Notes: a model not told the origin generated them from the sequence alone. 64,000 bases of DNA from Candidatus Latescibacterota bacterium (GCA_965208105.1 OZ242318.1:4768001-4832000); one strand, 5' to 3'; shown: positions 30,507 through 40,647, counted from the stretch's first letter. A program made the numbers and translations.

Positions 30507-32225
30507 ATGAGCAGAGAAGATTTCCCCCACCAACGCGGCAGGGAGCCCGAGGAGTACGACCAGGATTCCGCCTGGGAAGATGGCTCCGACGGCGAGGTTC
30601 TGGAGATGGTGGACAAGCTCCTGTCCCTGGCCCCGGAGAGGGACCCCATGCGCCCGCTGCTCTACCGGCTGCGGCGCCAGCTCATGGAGCGGGAGATCAC
30701 CTACCAGGAGGCCCGGCGCACCATGGTCGAACTGGAAGGGGCCCTGGAGAAGGTGACGGCGCCGGCCAACCGCGTCGGGATCTACCTGGGCTCTCCCAGG
30801 GCGGGGATTGCCACCGTCTTCGTCGGCGGCTCGGAGTACTATGCCAACGTGGACCCGCGCCTAGACGCCGCCCGCCTCCAGGTGGGCGCCAGGGTCCTCA
30901 TCAACGAGGCCTACGCGGTCGTTGGTGACCTGGGCTACAGTCCCTCAGGTCCGGTGGCCAAGATCGTCAATCTCCTCGACGGGAACAGGCTGCGGGTGGC
31001 CCAGGAGCACAGTACTCAGGAAATCGTCCTCGAGCGCTCGGCGCGGCTCAGGGAGGTGAACCTCAAGGTGGGAGACGAGGTGCGTCTGGACCCCGCCTTC
31101 AAGGTTGCCCTGGAACGCCTGCAGGCGCGCAATTCCAGGGAGTATTTCCTCGAGGACGTGCCCAGCATGGACTGGTCCGAAATCGGCGGCCAGCAGGAGG
31201 CGATCCAGGCGATTCGCGATACCATCGAGCTGCCCGCGCTGCATCCCCAGCTGTTCGACAAGTTCCAGTATTCCACTCCCAAGGGCTTTCTGCTCTACGG
31301 GCCGCCCGGTTGCGGCAAGACTCTCATCGGCAAGGCCACCGCCTACAGTCTCGTCCAGCATCTCCGCCGCGAGGAGGGAATCGAGGTCGAAGAGTATTTC
31401 ATGCACATCAAGGGGCCGGAAATCCTCAACATGTGGCTGGGAGAGACCGAGCGCATGGTGCGCGAGGTTTTCGCCCAGGCCCGCGAGAAGCGCAAAGAGG
31501 GCTACCTGCCCTTCATCTTCATCGACGAGGCCGAATCCATCCTGGGGACGCGCCGCTCCATGCGCTCGCACCACATCGCCAACACCGTCGTTCCCATGTT
31601 CTGCACCGAGATGGACGGCATCGAGTCCCTGCACGACGCGGTCGTCATTCTGGCTTCAAACCGCCACGACCTCATCGACCCGGCCATTCTGCGGCCGGGA
31701 AGGGTCGACCGCAAGATCAAGGTCAGTCGGCCGGACCTCGAAGCTTCGCGCGACATCCTGGGGATCTACCTGAAGCCGGACCTGCCCCTGGATCCGCAGG
31801 AGGTTGCCAGGCACGGCAGCTCGGAGGCGGCTCGAGAGGCCCTCATCGCAACGACCATCGAGACCTTCTTCGCCAGGAACGAAGAGACCAGGTTCCTCGA
31901 GGTCGCCCTGCGCAGCGGCCGCCACGAGACCCTTCACTTCGGGGACCTCGCCAGCGGCGCCCTCATCGCCTCGATCGTCCAGCGGGCAAAGGAGACCGCC
32001 ATCAAGAACGCCATCGCGACCTCCGACGCCAGCGCCGGACTGCGGCAGATGGACCTGCTGGATGCGATGCGGGCGGAGTTCCGCGAGAACGAGGTTTTCC
32101 CTCCCTCCGACAGCGTCGAGGACTGGTTGAAGCTCCTCGACTACGAGCCCGAGAACGTCGTCCGCGTCATTCCCGTCCGCGCCCGGGACAAGGCGCAGGA
32201 AGCGCCGGGGCAGAAGGTTATCTGA
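30507..32225 (+). CDS. arc: Proteasome-associated AAA+ ATPase (ARC/Mpa-like)
   Basis: N-terminal coiled coil and OB region; Walker A 'GPPGCGKT'; 'IKGPEILNMWLGETER'; Walker B 'IFIDE'; 'SNRHDLIDPAILRPGR'. Confidence 0.93.
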   Translation: MSREDFPHQRGREPEEYDQDSAWEDGSDGEVLEMVDKLLSLAPERDPMRPLLYRLRRQLMEREITYQEARRTMVELEGALEKVTAPANRVGIYLGSPRAGIATVFVGGSEYYANVDPRLDAARLQVGARVLINEAYAVVGDLGYSPSGPVAKIVNLLDGNRLRVAQEHSTQEIVLERSARLREVNLKVGDEVRLDPAFKVALERLQARNSREYFLEDVPSMDWSEIGGQQEAIQAIRDTIELPALHPQLFDKFQYSTPKGFLLYGPPGCGKTLIGKATAYSLVQHLRREEGIEVEEYFMHIKGPEILNMWLGETERMVREVFAQAREKRKEGYLPFIFIDEAESILGTRRSMRSHHIANTVVPMFCTEMDGIESLHDAVVILASNRHDLIDPAILRPGRVDRKIKVSRPDLEASRDILGIYLKPDLPLDPQEVARHGSSEAAREALIATTIETFFARNEETRFLEVALRSGRHETLHFGDLASGALIASIVQRAKETAIKNAIATSDASAGLRQMDLLDAMRAEFRENEVFPPSDSVEDWLKLLDYEPENVVRVIPVRARDKAQEAPGQKVI

Positions 32226-32233
32226 GCGGGTCT

Positions 32234-33760
32234 ATGAAGCGGCTCCTGGGCTTGGAAACCGAGTACGGAATACAGGTGGACGGGGTGGAACGCATGGATG
32301 TGGTGGTCGAGTCCATGCAGCTCATCCGCTGCTACGACGAGCGGGATTTCGTGGCGCTGTGGGACTACGAGCGCGAGAACCCGCGCCAGGACATGCGCGG
32401 CTTCGAGGTGGGTGAACTGCTCAACGACAAGGACGAGACCGTCCACCTGCAGCAGGACCGCCGCCGCAAGATTCCCCTCAAGGATCTGAAAAGCGATCTC
32501 ATCATCAGCAACGGCGCACGCCTCTACAACGACCACACCCACCCGGAATACTCCACTCCTGAATGCCGCCAACTCGCCGACCTGGTGGCCTCGGACCGTG
32601 CCGGAGACCGCATCCTGCTCAACTGCGCCCGGCGGCGCAGCGCAGGCCGCGGGTCCGGGGTAGTGCGGCTTTACAAGAACAACACCGATTTCGAAGGGCA
32701 CAGCTACGGGTGTCACGAGAACTACCTGATCAGCCGCCGGCTTCCCTTCCAGCAGATCATCGACGGGCTGCTGCCATTCGTGGTGACGCGGCAGATCTTT
32801 GCCGGCGCCGGCAAGGTGGGTGTGGAAACGGGGAGAAAGACCGGGGTTACCACCTACCAGCTGTCCCAGCGCGCTGACTTTTTCGAGACCATCGCCAGCG
32901 TCGACACCATGCACCGGCGCCCTCTGATCAACACCCGCGACGAGCCCCATGCAGACCCCAGGCGCTACCGCCGCCTTCATCTGATCATCGGCGACGCCAA
33001 CATGTGCGAGTATGCCACGGCGCTGAAGGTGGGCAGCGCCGATCTGGTGCTGGAGTTGCTCGAAGCCGGTCTGCTGCCCCGCCTGGACCTGGCCGATCCC
33101 GTGGGTGCGCTGAAGGAAATCTCGCGGGATATGTCGCGCCAGTGGGTGGTAGAGCTGCAGGACGGCAGCAAGAGGTCGGCCCTGGAGATTCAAAGGGCCT
33201 ACCTGGAGCGCGCCCGCAGCCTGGCGGCCGGCCGCGACCAGGAAACGGATTGGGTCCTTGCCGAGTGGAACCGGGTGCTGGACTCCCTTGGGCGCGATCC
33301 GCAGGAGCTGGTGGGGGTCTGTGACTGGATCACCAAGAAGTGGCTGCTTGACGCCTTCGCCGAATCCGAGGGGTTGGACTGGGAGAATCCGGGGCATCTG
33401 GCCTGGCTCCAGAGCCAGGATCTGGAATATCACAATATCGACCCGGAGGAGGGGCTCTTCCTGCTCCTGGAAGAACAGGACAGGGTTGCGCGGTTGAGCG
33501 ACGAGAGAAGGATTCTGCGGGCGATGGTGGAGCCGCCGGGGGACACGCGGGCATACTTTCGCGGCAAGTGCCTGGAAAAGTTCGGGGACGCCGTGGTTTC
33601 TCTGAACTGGGACAGCATCGAGTTCCAGCTCAATGGGCGCGTGGAGGTCCTCCAGCTGAAGGATTGCGTAGACACCGAGAGTATTACTTGTTATAATCAG
33701 ATTCTGGACGCCAGTCGCAGCGTGGAGGACCTGATGAACAGGATCCCGTCGGCGGAATAG
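32234..33760 (+). CDS. dop: Dop-like deamidase/depupylase (Pup-ligase family)
   Basis: 'LGLETEYG', Dop-type 'NGARLYNDHTHPEYSTPEC', 'KNNTD..G.SYGCHENY', 'NTRDEPHA', 'DLEYH', 'TRAYFRG'. Confidence 0.88.
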   Translation: MKRLLGLETEYGIQVDGVERMDVVVESMQLIRCYDERDFVALWDYERENPRQDMRGFEVGELLNDKDETVHLQQDRRRKIPLKDLKSDLIISNGARLYNDHTHPEYSTPECRQLADLVASDRAGDRILLNCARRRSAGRGSGVVRLYKNNTDFEGHSYGCHENYLISRRLPFQQIIDGLLPFVVTRQIFAGAGKVGVETGRKTGVTTYQLSQRADFFETIASVDTMHRRPLINTRDEPHADPRRYRRLHLIIGDANMCEYATALKVGSADLVLELLEAGLLPRLDLADPVGALKEISRDMSRQWVVELQDGSKRSALEIQRAYLERARSLAAGRDQETDWVLAEWNRVLDSLGRDPQELVGVCDWITKKWLLDAFAESEGLDWENPGHLAWLQSQDLEYHNIDPEEGLFLLLEEQDRVARLSDERRILRAMVEPPGDTRAYFRGKCLEKFGDAVVSLNWDSIEFQLNGRVEVLQLKDCVDTESITCYNQILDASRSVEDLMNRIPSAE

Positions 33761-33897
33761 CGGGCATCCCGGAGGTTATCGAGGCCGTTGTTCCGGCGCC
33801 TTCGACCACACCCTGGCCCGGGAACGGCGGCGGGAAGCAGGGGCCGACTCAGCGGCGGCGGCAGAGGTCCACGCCTTGATTTCGGCAGGAGGTAGCA

Positions 33898-34098
33898 ATG
33901 AAGAAGGATCAGTTGCTGCAGTTTCGCGACCGGGCGCCGCGCCCGGTCAGGCCCATGGACGAGGACCAGGGACCGGGCGAGGACGAGGGCCCCAGGCGCC
34001 CCAAAGTCGACCGCCCCGGGTCGGACGATATCCTGCGGCGCATGCGCAGGGTTGATCCCAACCAGGCGCGGCGCTACCGCCAGCGCACGGGCCAGTAG
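33898..34098 (+). CDS. ubact: Ubiquitin-like protein UBact (Pup analogue)
   Basis: 66 aa, disordered and charged; C-terminus 'RMRRVDPNQARRYRQRTGQ' fits the UBact R[TS]G[EQ] end. GGAGG SD; lies between dop and prcB. Confidence 0.92.
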   Translation: MKKDQLLQFRDRAPRPVRPMDEDQGPGEDEGPRRPKVDRPGSDDILRRMRRVDPNQARRYRQRTGQ

Positions 34099-34101
34099 GG
34101 A

Positions 34102-34887
34102 ATGGAGAGCTGCGATTTTCTCTCCCTGCTCAAAGAGCATGGTCAGATGCCCGCGGCCCCGGCGGCGGCGGTCGAAATGCACGGCGACGGCGTGCAAGGG
34201 GCGGAGGGTACGACCATCCTGGCACTGCGCTACGGCGCCGGGGTACTGGTGGCGGGGGACCGCCGCGCCACCATGGGCAACGTGGTGGTCTACGACCGCG
34301 CCGACAAGGTCCTCTGCATCGACGACGATGCCGTGATGGCGCTCTCGGGTTCCCCCGCCATTGCCGTCGAGGTCGCCCGCATGCTGGAAGTCTCGTTTCA
34401 GCACTATCGCCGCAGCCAGTTGCAGGAGTTGAGCCTGGATGGCAAGCTGCGCATCCTGTCGCGCCTGCTGCGCGAGAACTTGCCCATGGCGGTGCAGGGA
34501 ATCGGGGCCGTCGTCCCCATCTTCGCCGCCTTTGACGCCGCTGCCGCCAGCGGCAAGATCTTCTTCTACGATATCCTGGGAGCCCAGTTCGAATCGGTAG
34601 ATTTCTGTACCACGGGCTCCGGGTCGCCCATCATCCGCGGCGCGCTCTACCACCTGAATCGCTGGGGAGACCAGCCTTTGGCCTCCATGGACGAGCGCAC
34701 TTCACTCACCCTCATTCTCAAGATGCTGGAAACGGCGGCCGAGTACGATACGGCCACCGGCGGCTACAAACCCAGCGCCAGGATTTATCCACAGGTCATG
34801 CGCATCACCGCCGACGGAATCGATGCGGTCGCGGAACCCGAGCTGGAAGCGCTCTACCGGACCGCCCTGGGTGCGGCAGCCGATTAG
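34102..34887 (+). CDS. prcB: 20S proteasome beta subunit
   Basis: Propeptide ending AEG|TTILAL. Counting from Thr1 gives Asp17 (GDRR) and Lys33 (ADKV). Also 'TGSGS' and 'DTATGG'. Confidence 0.93.
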   Translation: MESCDFLSLLKEHGQMPAAPAAAVEMHGDGVQGAEGTTILALRYGAGVLVAGDRRATMGNVVVYDRADKVLCIDDDAVMALSGSPAIAVEVARMLEVSFQHYRRSQLQELSLDGKLRILSRLLRENLPMAVQGIGAVVPIFAAFDAAAASGKIFFYDILGAQFESVDFCTTGSGSPIIRGALYHLNRWGDQPLASMDERTSLTLILKMLETAAEYDTATGGYKPSARIYPQVMRITADGIDAVAEPELEALYRTALGAAAD

Positions 34888-34911
34888 TGTTCCCGGCGGG
34901 ACAGGTCCATC

Positions 34912-35676
34912 ATGCTCGAAGAACCTTATCGCTGGGTAGAGGCCATTCAAAATCGGCGCGACTACCTCGACCACCAGCTCCAGGACGCGAGCCCCGTGGT
35001 GGGCATGGGCTATGACAACGGAATTGTGCTGCTGACCACGACGCCGGGGCCGAGGAAGCTCTTCGAGGTCTACGACCAACTGGCCTTCGCCGCCATCGGG
35101 CACCCCGCGGATATCGAGAAACTGCGCAAGGCCGCCATCGACATTGCCCATCTCGAAGCGTTCAACTTTTCAGCCAGCGACGTAACCTTGCAGCGGCTGG
35201 TGAGTTTCGGCCTGGGCCCGGTCATCAAGGGGGCCTTCGACGAGATCTTCCGCTCGCCCTACACGGCCCGCATTCTCATGGCAGAGCTCGATCCTCCCGG
35301 CGAGCAGGATGCCTTTTTCACCATAGACCCCGACGGGTCGTTCATCAACTCGAGCGGCAGCGCCGTGGTGTCGGGATCAGAGGAGAGTGCCGCGGCCATG
35401 CGCAGACATCTACAGCGGTATGAAGGAGAAGAGCCGGACCTCGAAGAGGCTCTCAGGCAGGGGATGGAAGCATGGGGAGCAGGCCGCCTCCAGGCCGCGG
35501 GGGAAGAGGACCACCAGCCTGATGGCGAGGAGATCAGGGACTTTCTGGGTGAGGCCTTGAAAGGTCAGCGGATCGAGGCGGCGGTGCTCGATCGCACCCG
35601 GCCCACCCGGACCAAATTTCGTCTGCTGCAGGCGGCCGAGTGCGAAGCAATCCTGGCTGCCCCCGGCGACTCCTGA
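34912..35676 (+). CDS. prcA: 20S proteasome alpha subunit
   Basis: 'EEPYRW', 'SPVV', 'RKLFEVYDQLAFAAIG', 'IEAAVLDR....KFR'; operon context. Confidence 0.88.
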   Translation: MLEEPYRWVEAIQNRRDYLDHQLQDASPVVGMGYDNGIVLLTTTPGPRKLFEVYDQLAFAAIGHPADIEKLRKAAIDIAHLEAFNFSASDVTLQRLVSFGLGPVIKGAFDEIFRSPYTARILMAELDPPGEQDAFFTIDPDGSFINSSGSAVVSGSEESAAAMRRHLQRYEGEEPDLEEALRQGMEAWGAGRLQAAGEEDHQPDGEEIRDFLGEALKGQRIEAAVLDRTRPTRTKFRLLQAAECEAILAAPGDS

Positions 35677-35747
35677 CGGCGGCTGCCGATCAGGGGTGAA
35701 TCCCAGGCAGGGACTGCCTGGACGGACCCTCAGCACGGACGCGGGAA

Positions 35748-37166
35748 ATGGAAGATCGCATCTTTGGAATCGAGGTCGAGTACGGTTGCCTGCCTCCCGA
35801 ATCGGACCCCTTCCTCAGTCCTGACTTCATTTCGGTCAAGGCCAAGGATTGCCTGTTCTACCGCGAAGGCCTGGGAATCGTCGACATTCACTACCGCGGC
35901 AGGGATGAACCCCCGGGCAACGGGGGATTTCTGTTCAACGGCGGGCGAATCTACATCGACATGGGGCACGTGGAATACGCCACTCCCGAATGCAAGGGGA
36001 TATTCGACCTGGTGGCCGCCGACCGCGCCGGGGAAGTGGTGATTCAGCGCGCCCTGGAGCAACTGGGCCTGGCAGAGGGCGCCGCCTTCTTCAAGAACAA
36101 CATCGACCACTATACCGGGGCCACCTTCGGCTGTCACGAGAACTATCTCGTGCGGCGCGAGGTGTCCTTCTCGCAGGTATTGCTGCCGGCCATGCTGCCC
36201 TTCTTCGTGACTCGCCAGATTTTCGCGGGGGCGGGGAGGGTGGGATGCCACACGGACATCTTCGAATACGGCCGGGGAGAGGAAGGAGAGATCAACTATC
36301 AGATCTCGCAGCGGGCTGATCACATCGTCACCGAGATCTACCAGTGGATTCAGTTCAGCCGGGCGATTATCAACACCCGCGACGAACCGCTGGCCGACTG
36401 GGAGTTCTACCGCCGGCTCCACCTTCTGGTCGGCGACTCCAATATGTCCGAGTACGTCACCGCTCTGAAGGTGGGCACCACCGCTCTGTTGCTCGACTTG
36501 CTGGAGGAGAACATCATTCCCAGGGTGAAGCTCCTCGACCCGGTTGCGGCCATCCGCGTCATCTCCCGCGATATGCGCTTCAAGTGGGAGGTGCAGCTCG
36601 AGGACGGCCACTATACCAACGCCATTGAAATCCAGCGCCAATATCTCGAGCTGGCCGAGCGCTACTTGCGCGGCAAGGACGAGGAGGTGAATTGGGTCCT
36701 CGACGAATGGCGTTTCGTCATCGACGGCCTCGAGTACGACCCCATGAGCCTGATCGACCGCGTCGATTGGATCGCAAAGAAGTGGCTGCTGGAAAACTTC
36801 ATGGAGGCGGAAGGGTTGGACTGGCGCGATCCAATGATCCAGAGTCTCGATCTGGAGTACCACAACCTCAATCCGGGCAAAGGTCTCTACTTCGATTTGC
36901 GCGACCGCGGCCTTACCAAGCGGGTCGTGGACGAAGGGCTCGTTAACAATGCGATTGTAACGCCGCCCCAGGACACCCGCGCCAGGGCGCGTTCGGCGGT
37001 CATGCGCGCCCTGACCGATCAGAAGACCCGCTATGTCATCGATTGGGACTCCATCTACGTGGAGGACGAGAAATACCTCAACCTGGACGATCCCTTCCTC
37101 ACATACGCCGACGAGACCGCTGAATTCATCGAGGAGTGCCGTCAACCCACCCCCCGCCTGCTTTGA
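35748..37166 (+). CDS. pafA: PafA-like UBact/Pup-protein ligase
   Basis: 'RIFGIEVEYG', PafA-type 'FLFNGGRIYIDMGHVEYATPEC', 'KNN.D', 'GCHENY', 'NTRDEPLAD', 'RRLHLLVGDSNM', 'DLEYH'. Confidence 0.88.
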   Translation: MEDRIFGIEVEYGCLPPESDPFLSPDFISVKAKDCLFYREGLGIVDIHYRGRDEPPGNGGFLFNGGRIYIDMGHVEYATPECKGIFDLVAADRAGEVVIQRALEQLGLAEGAAFFKNNIDHYTGATFGCHENYLVRREVSFSQVLLPAMLPFFVTRQIFAGAGRVGCHTDIFEYGRGEEGEINYQISQRADHIVTEIYQWIQFSRAIINTRDEPLADWEFYRRLHLLVGDSNMSEYVTALKVGTTALLLDLLEENIIPRVKLLDPVAAIRVISRDMRFKWEVQLEDGHYTNAIEIQRQYLELAERYLRGKDEEVNWVLDEWRFVIDGLEYDPMSLIDRVDWIAKKWLLENFMEAEGLDWRDPMIQSLDLEYHNLNPGKGLYFDLRDRGLTKRVVDEGLVNNAIVTPPQDTRARARSAVMRALTDQKTRYVIDWDSIYVEDEKYLNLDDPFLTYADETAEFIEECRQPTPRLL

Positions 37167-37228
37167 ACCGCGCCCTTCCTCTCAGTCCGGATGCCGAGTC
37201 ATCCGGAATTCCCCCTTCCGGGTTTGGA

Positions 37229-40200
37229 ATGGCGGAATTCCTGCGTCCGTCTTTCGGCTCCATCCTCGTTGTTGCTGCCTCCCTGTTGGGGGCCTGGGGA
37301 CCTGCCCGGGGGGATTTCCTCTGTGCCGGCAAGGACGACTCCGTCCCCCCGCGGGGAAAGCCGGCCGTGCGCACCACCGGATCGCTTAACGCGCTGGTTA
37401 TATTCGCCAAATTCCAGGGAGAGGCGCCAGGCAACGACCGGGCGCCTTCCTGGGCACCGGACCTGTTCAACAGGCAGAGGCCCGGCAGCTTTGCCCATTT
37501 CTACGACGAGATGTCCAGGGGGCAGTTGCGGGTGGACGGGCAGGTCCTGCCGCGGCGCTACAGTTCTCGGCGGGATGCTTCGGCCTACCTGGCCCCGGGG
37601 GCCGGCCTCAGGGGCCGGTTCGGGCAGTTCAACCTGGAGATTCTGGAGCAGGCCGATCTGGATGTGGACCTGGGGCGCTTCGACAACGACGGCGCCGACG
37701 GAGTCCCGAACTCCGGTGACGACGATGGCTACGTGGACGTCGTTTTCATCAACCTGCTTACGGTCCCCGAGAACTTCTTCGTTTCCAGGGCCACCGGGTT
37801 GGCCTCCCTCGGCCTGGAGACCGATTTCATCAGCGATGACCCTGCGGCGGGCGGCGGATGGATTCGCATCCCCAGCCGGTTCACCGGCTTCGGGGGCACG
37901 ACACAGCGCGGCCACGTGTTCAGCGTCACGGCTGCAACCATGTGCCACGAGTTCGGCCACATTCTTGGATTGCCCGACCTGTTCGATCAGACTTCGATTT
38001 ACGCCGGCGCCGAACTCGACCCCGCCGAGGACAGCGCGGGAATCGGCAAGTGGGGATTGATGGGGCTGGGAACTCTGGGCTGGGGGGAGGTGGACGGCCC
38101 CAATGCCTTCTGCGCCTGGTCGCTGGCGCAACTGGGCTGGGTTGGGGTCGGCAACGAGCATCTGATCGAGGTCGAACAGAGCCTCATCGGTGCCGTCTTC
38201 GATGACATCGACAGCGGCGGCAAAGTCTACAAGATCCCGGTGGGCGCGGAGGAGTACTTCCTTCTGGAGAATCGCCAGAATTCGTCATCCTTCTACAATC
38301 GAAACATTCCGGCCGGCGGAATCCTGGTCTGGCACGTGGACGACGGCGCCGACAACGACGAGGAGCGCCACAAGCAGGTGGACCTGGTCTGTGCCGACGG
38401 GTTGTACGCGGACCGCGGTTTCCCCGCCCTTCGTCCCGATCCGGTGTGGGGCAGGGACAATCTGGACTTCTGGTCTCGCGACCAAGCCTACGCCACGGCT
38501 CACAACGGCAACCAGGGCGACGCCGGCGATCCCTTCGACGGGGTCGCCCGGACTCGCTTTGCCCACGACACCAACCCGGGGTTCAGCGCCCACGCGGGGT
38601 TGAGTCGCAATCTGCCCCTGGGTTTCGCGGTTGAGAATATCCGCGCCCGGGGTACCCGATTGACAGCTGACATTCTGGTGGGGCAGCCACTGGATGGGCA
38701 TGTGCATGCGGACACCACCTGGTCCGGCGAGGTGATTGTCGGCGGTGACGTCGTGGTGCAGCCGGGAGCGACCCTTACCCTGGCGCCGGGTACGACAGTG
38801 CGCATCCCGAGGGGGGACGGTCGCCGGACGGGGTTTTACCCGGAGCGCTCGGAATTTCTGGTCTTCGGCGACCTGGTGCTGCAGGGAAGCACCGGGAATC
38901 CTCTGTCCTTCGTTTCGGGCGCCGCGTCGCCTCGGAGCGGCGATTGGGCCGGACTCTTTCTTATGAACGCCCAGGATCCGGACTTGCGTGAGGTCCACAT
39001 CGAGAACGCGGCGCATGGTGTTGTGCGCTCCCACCTGCCGCCTGGCAGTACGCGCTGGTCCGGAATCCGGACCCTGCCGCGGGACCTGACCGTACCCGCA
39101 GACGCGGAGCTGGTTATCGAGGCGGGGACGAGGGTGGGCTTCGCCAGCACGGACCTGGGTGCAGGCGGCCGCAGCCCGCAATTGACGGAGCTGATCGTCG
39201 AAGGCCGGCTGCGGGTGGAAGGGAGTGACGCCCAGGCGGTGCGCTTCGACCTGGCCTCCGGCAGCCCTGATTCGGTCTGGTTCGGGGTGCGCCTGCGGCC
39301 GGGCGCCCAGGTGGAAATCCGCCACCTTCAGGAGGAGCAGTGCGTCATCGGCTTCAGCGGGGAGGTCACCGAAGCCGGAGCTTTGAGCATCGCCGACAGC
39401 CGCATCGCCACCACGGCCGGAAATGGTCTGCGTCTTGCGATCAACGGCACGGTGGAGGTTGATCGCACCATCTTCAGAGGTCATCCACTACAGGGCATAT
39501 TTGCCGAGGGCAGCGGCCGACTTCTGCTGCGCAACTCCACCGTGCGGGAAAACGGCCAGGAAGGGATCTTCCTGGGCAATTGTTCCCTGGAGGCGATCCG
39601 CACGACCGTAGAGGAGAACGGCCTGTTGCAGGCGGAGGACCCGCGCCCCGGCCTGCGGGCGGTGGGTGGACGGGGACAGAAGATCGAGTTGTGGAACTGC
39701 GCGGTAGGGCGCAATACCCTGCATGGCCTCGACCTGGGGTCCTGGGAGGGAGTCCTGGAATTGCACCGCAGCGAGGTCAGCGCAAATCGCGGCAACGGCC
39801 TGGTGCTGGCCGCCCTGGAGCGGGTGATTTTCGAGGACGTGAAGGTGAGGCGCAACCTGGGAACCGGGGTGGAAAGCAAAGCCGCTCCGGTGGAGATCTG
39901 GACCACGGAATTCGTCGACAATATCGGCCCCGGTCTGATCCTCGGCGAGGGGACCACGGGAGCGATCGAGATGTGCCATTTCCGCAACAACACCGGCCTC
40001 CGCCTGGAGAGCGCGGGAGAGCTGTTTGTGCGCACCAGCACGTTCGAGAACACCGCCTTGGGCCTGGCATCCCTGAACTCGGCACCCAGGCTCTTCGGAA
40101 ACCGCTTCAGCAACAATCTCAAGGCCATCGAGGTGAGCGGAACGATGGTTCCGGCGGAGATTGTCCGCAATGTCTTTGTCGACAATCGCACCGCCATCGA

Positions 40201-40639
40201 CAACAGCACGAATCTGACCCTGGTGGCACGGGACAATTACTGGGGAACGGTGGACACGACGGCCATAGCGGCCCTGTTCAGGGGTGCAGTCGAATGGGCG
40301 CCTTTTCTCGAGGAAGATCCGGGCGAGACCGACCTCGCCGCCGAGGTCGGCGCGCAGCCGGCGCAGTTCGCACTGCATGCAGCTTTCCCCAATCCATTCA
40401 ACGGACAGACCACCATACGGTTCGACATTGCCGCGCCGGTGTCCGCCGAGCTCGTGGTGTACAACCTCGGGGGACAACCTGTGCGCAGGCTTCTGCGCCG
40501 GGACCTGCATCCCGGTTTCTATGCAGGGGTCTGGGATGGACGCGGGGATAACGGCCGGAAGGTGGCTTCCGGCGTGTATCTCTACCGTCTGCGGGCGGGA
40601 TCTTTTTCAGCTAGCGGCCGGGTGCTGGTATTGCGCTGA
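37229..40639 (+). CDS. Secreted M6 (immune inhibitor A-like) metalloprotease with beta-helix region and FlgD-Ig/T9SS-CTD-like domain
   Basis: 'HEFGHILGLPDL', 'GIGKWGLMG.G', 'EYFLLENR', parallel beta-helix repeats, 'PNPFN..TTIRF..VYNLGGQ..WDG....G..VASGVY.YRL'. Start uncertain. Confidence 0.85.
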   Translation: MAEFLRPSFGSILVVAASLLGAWGPARGDFLCAGKDDSVPPRGKPAVRTTGSLNALVIFAKFQGEAPGNDRAPSWAPDLFNRQRPGSFAHFYDEMSRGQLRVDGQVLPRRYSSRRDASAYLAPGAGLRGRFGQFNLEILEQADLDVDLGRFDNDGADGVPNSGDDDGYVDVVFINLLTVPENFFVSRATGLASLGLETDFISDDPAAGGGWIRIPSRFTGFGGTTQRGHVFSVTAATMCHEFGHILGLPDLFDQTSIYAGAELDPAEDSAGIGKWGLMGLGTLGWGEVDGPNAFCAWSLAQLGWVGVGNEHLIEVEQSLIGAVFDDIDSGGKVYKIPVGAEEYFLLENRQNSSSFYNRNIPAGGILVWHVDDGADNDEERHKQVDLVCADGLYADRGFPALRPDPVWGRDNLDFWSRDQAYATAHNGNQGDAGDPFDGVARTRFAHDTNPGFSAHAGLSRNLPLGFAVENIRARGTRLTADILVGQPLDGHVHADTTWSGEVIVGGDVVVQPGATLTLAPGTTVRIPRGDGRRTGFYPERSEFLVFGDLVLQGSTGNPLSFVSGAASPRSGDWAGLFLMNAQDPDLREVHIENAAHGVVRSHLPPGSTRWSGIRTLPRDLTVPADAELVIEAGTRVGFASTDLGAGGRSPQLTELIVEGRLRVEGSDAQAVRFDLASGSPDSVWFGVRLRPGAQVEIRHLQEEQCVIGFSGEVTEAGALSIADSRIATTAGNGLRLAINGTVEVDRTIFRGHPLQGIFAEGSGRLLLRNSTVRENGQEGIFLGNCSLEAIRTTVEENGLLQAEDPRPGLRAVGGRGQKIELWNCAVGRNTLHGLDLGSWEGVLELHRSEVSANRGNGLVLAALERVIFEDVKVRRNLGTGVESKAAPVEIWTTEFVDNIGPGLILGEGTTGAIEMCHFRNNTGLRLESAGELFVRTSTFENTALGLASLNSAPRLFGNRFSNNLKAIEVSGTMVPAEIVRNVFVDNRTAIDNSTNLTLVARDNYWGTVDTTAIAALFRGAVEWAPFLEEDPGETDLAAEVGAQPAQFALHAAFPNPFNGQTTIRFDIAAPVSAELVVYNLGGQPVRRLLRRDLHPGFYAGVWDGRGDNGRKVASGVYLYRLRAGSFSASGRVLVLR

Positions 40640-40647
40640 GATCCGGC

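Noticed and set aside
31310-33760. 816-aa ORF suggesting an extended Dop
   Set aside because: The N-terminal part is an Arg/Pro-rich alternative frame of arc. The Dop motif begins at ATG 32234.
33898-34098. Calling the small tag Pup
   Set aside because: It lacks the Pup GG[EQ] terminus; the RTGQ end fits UBact.
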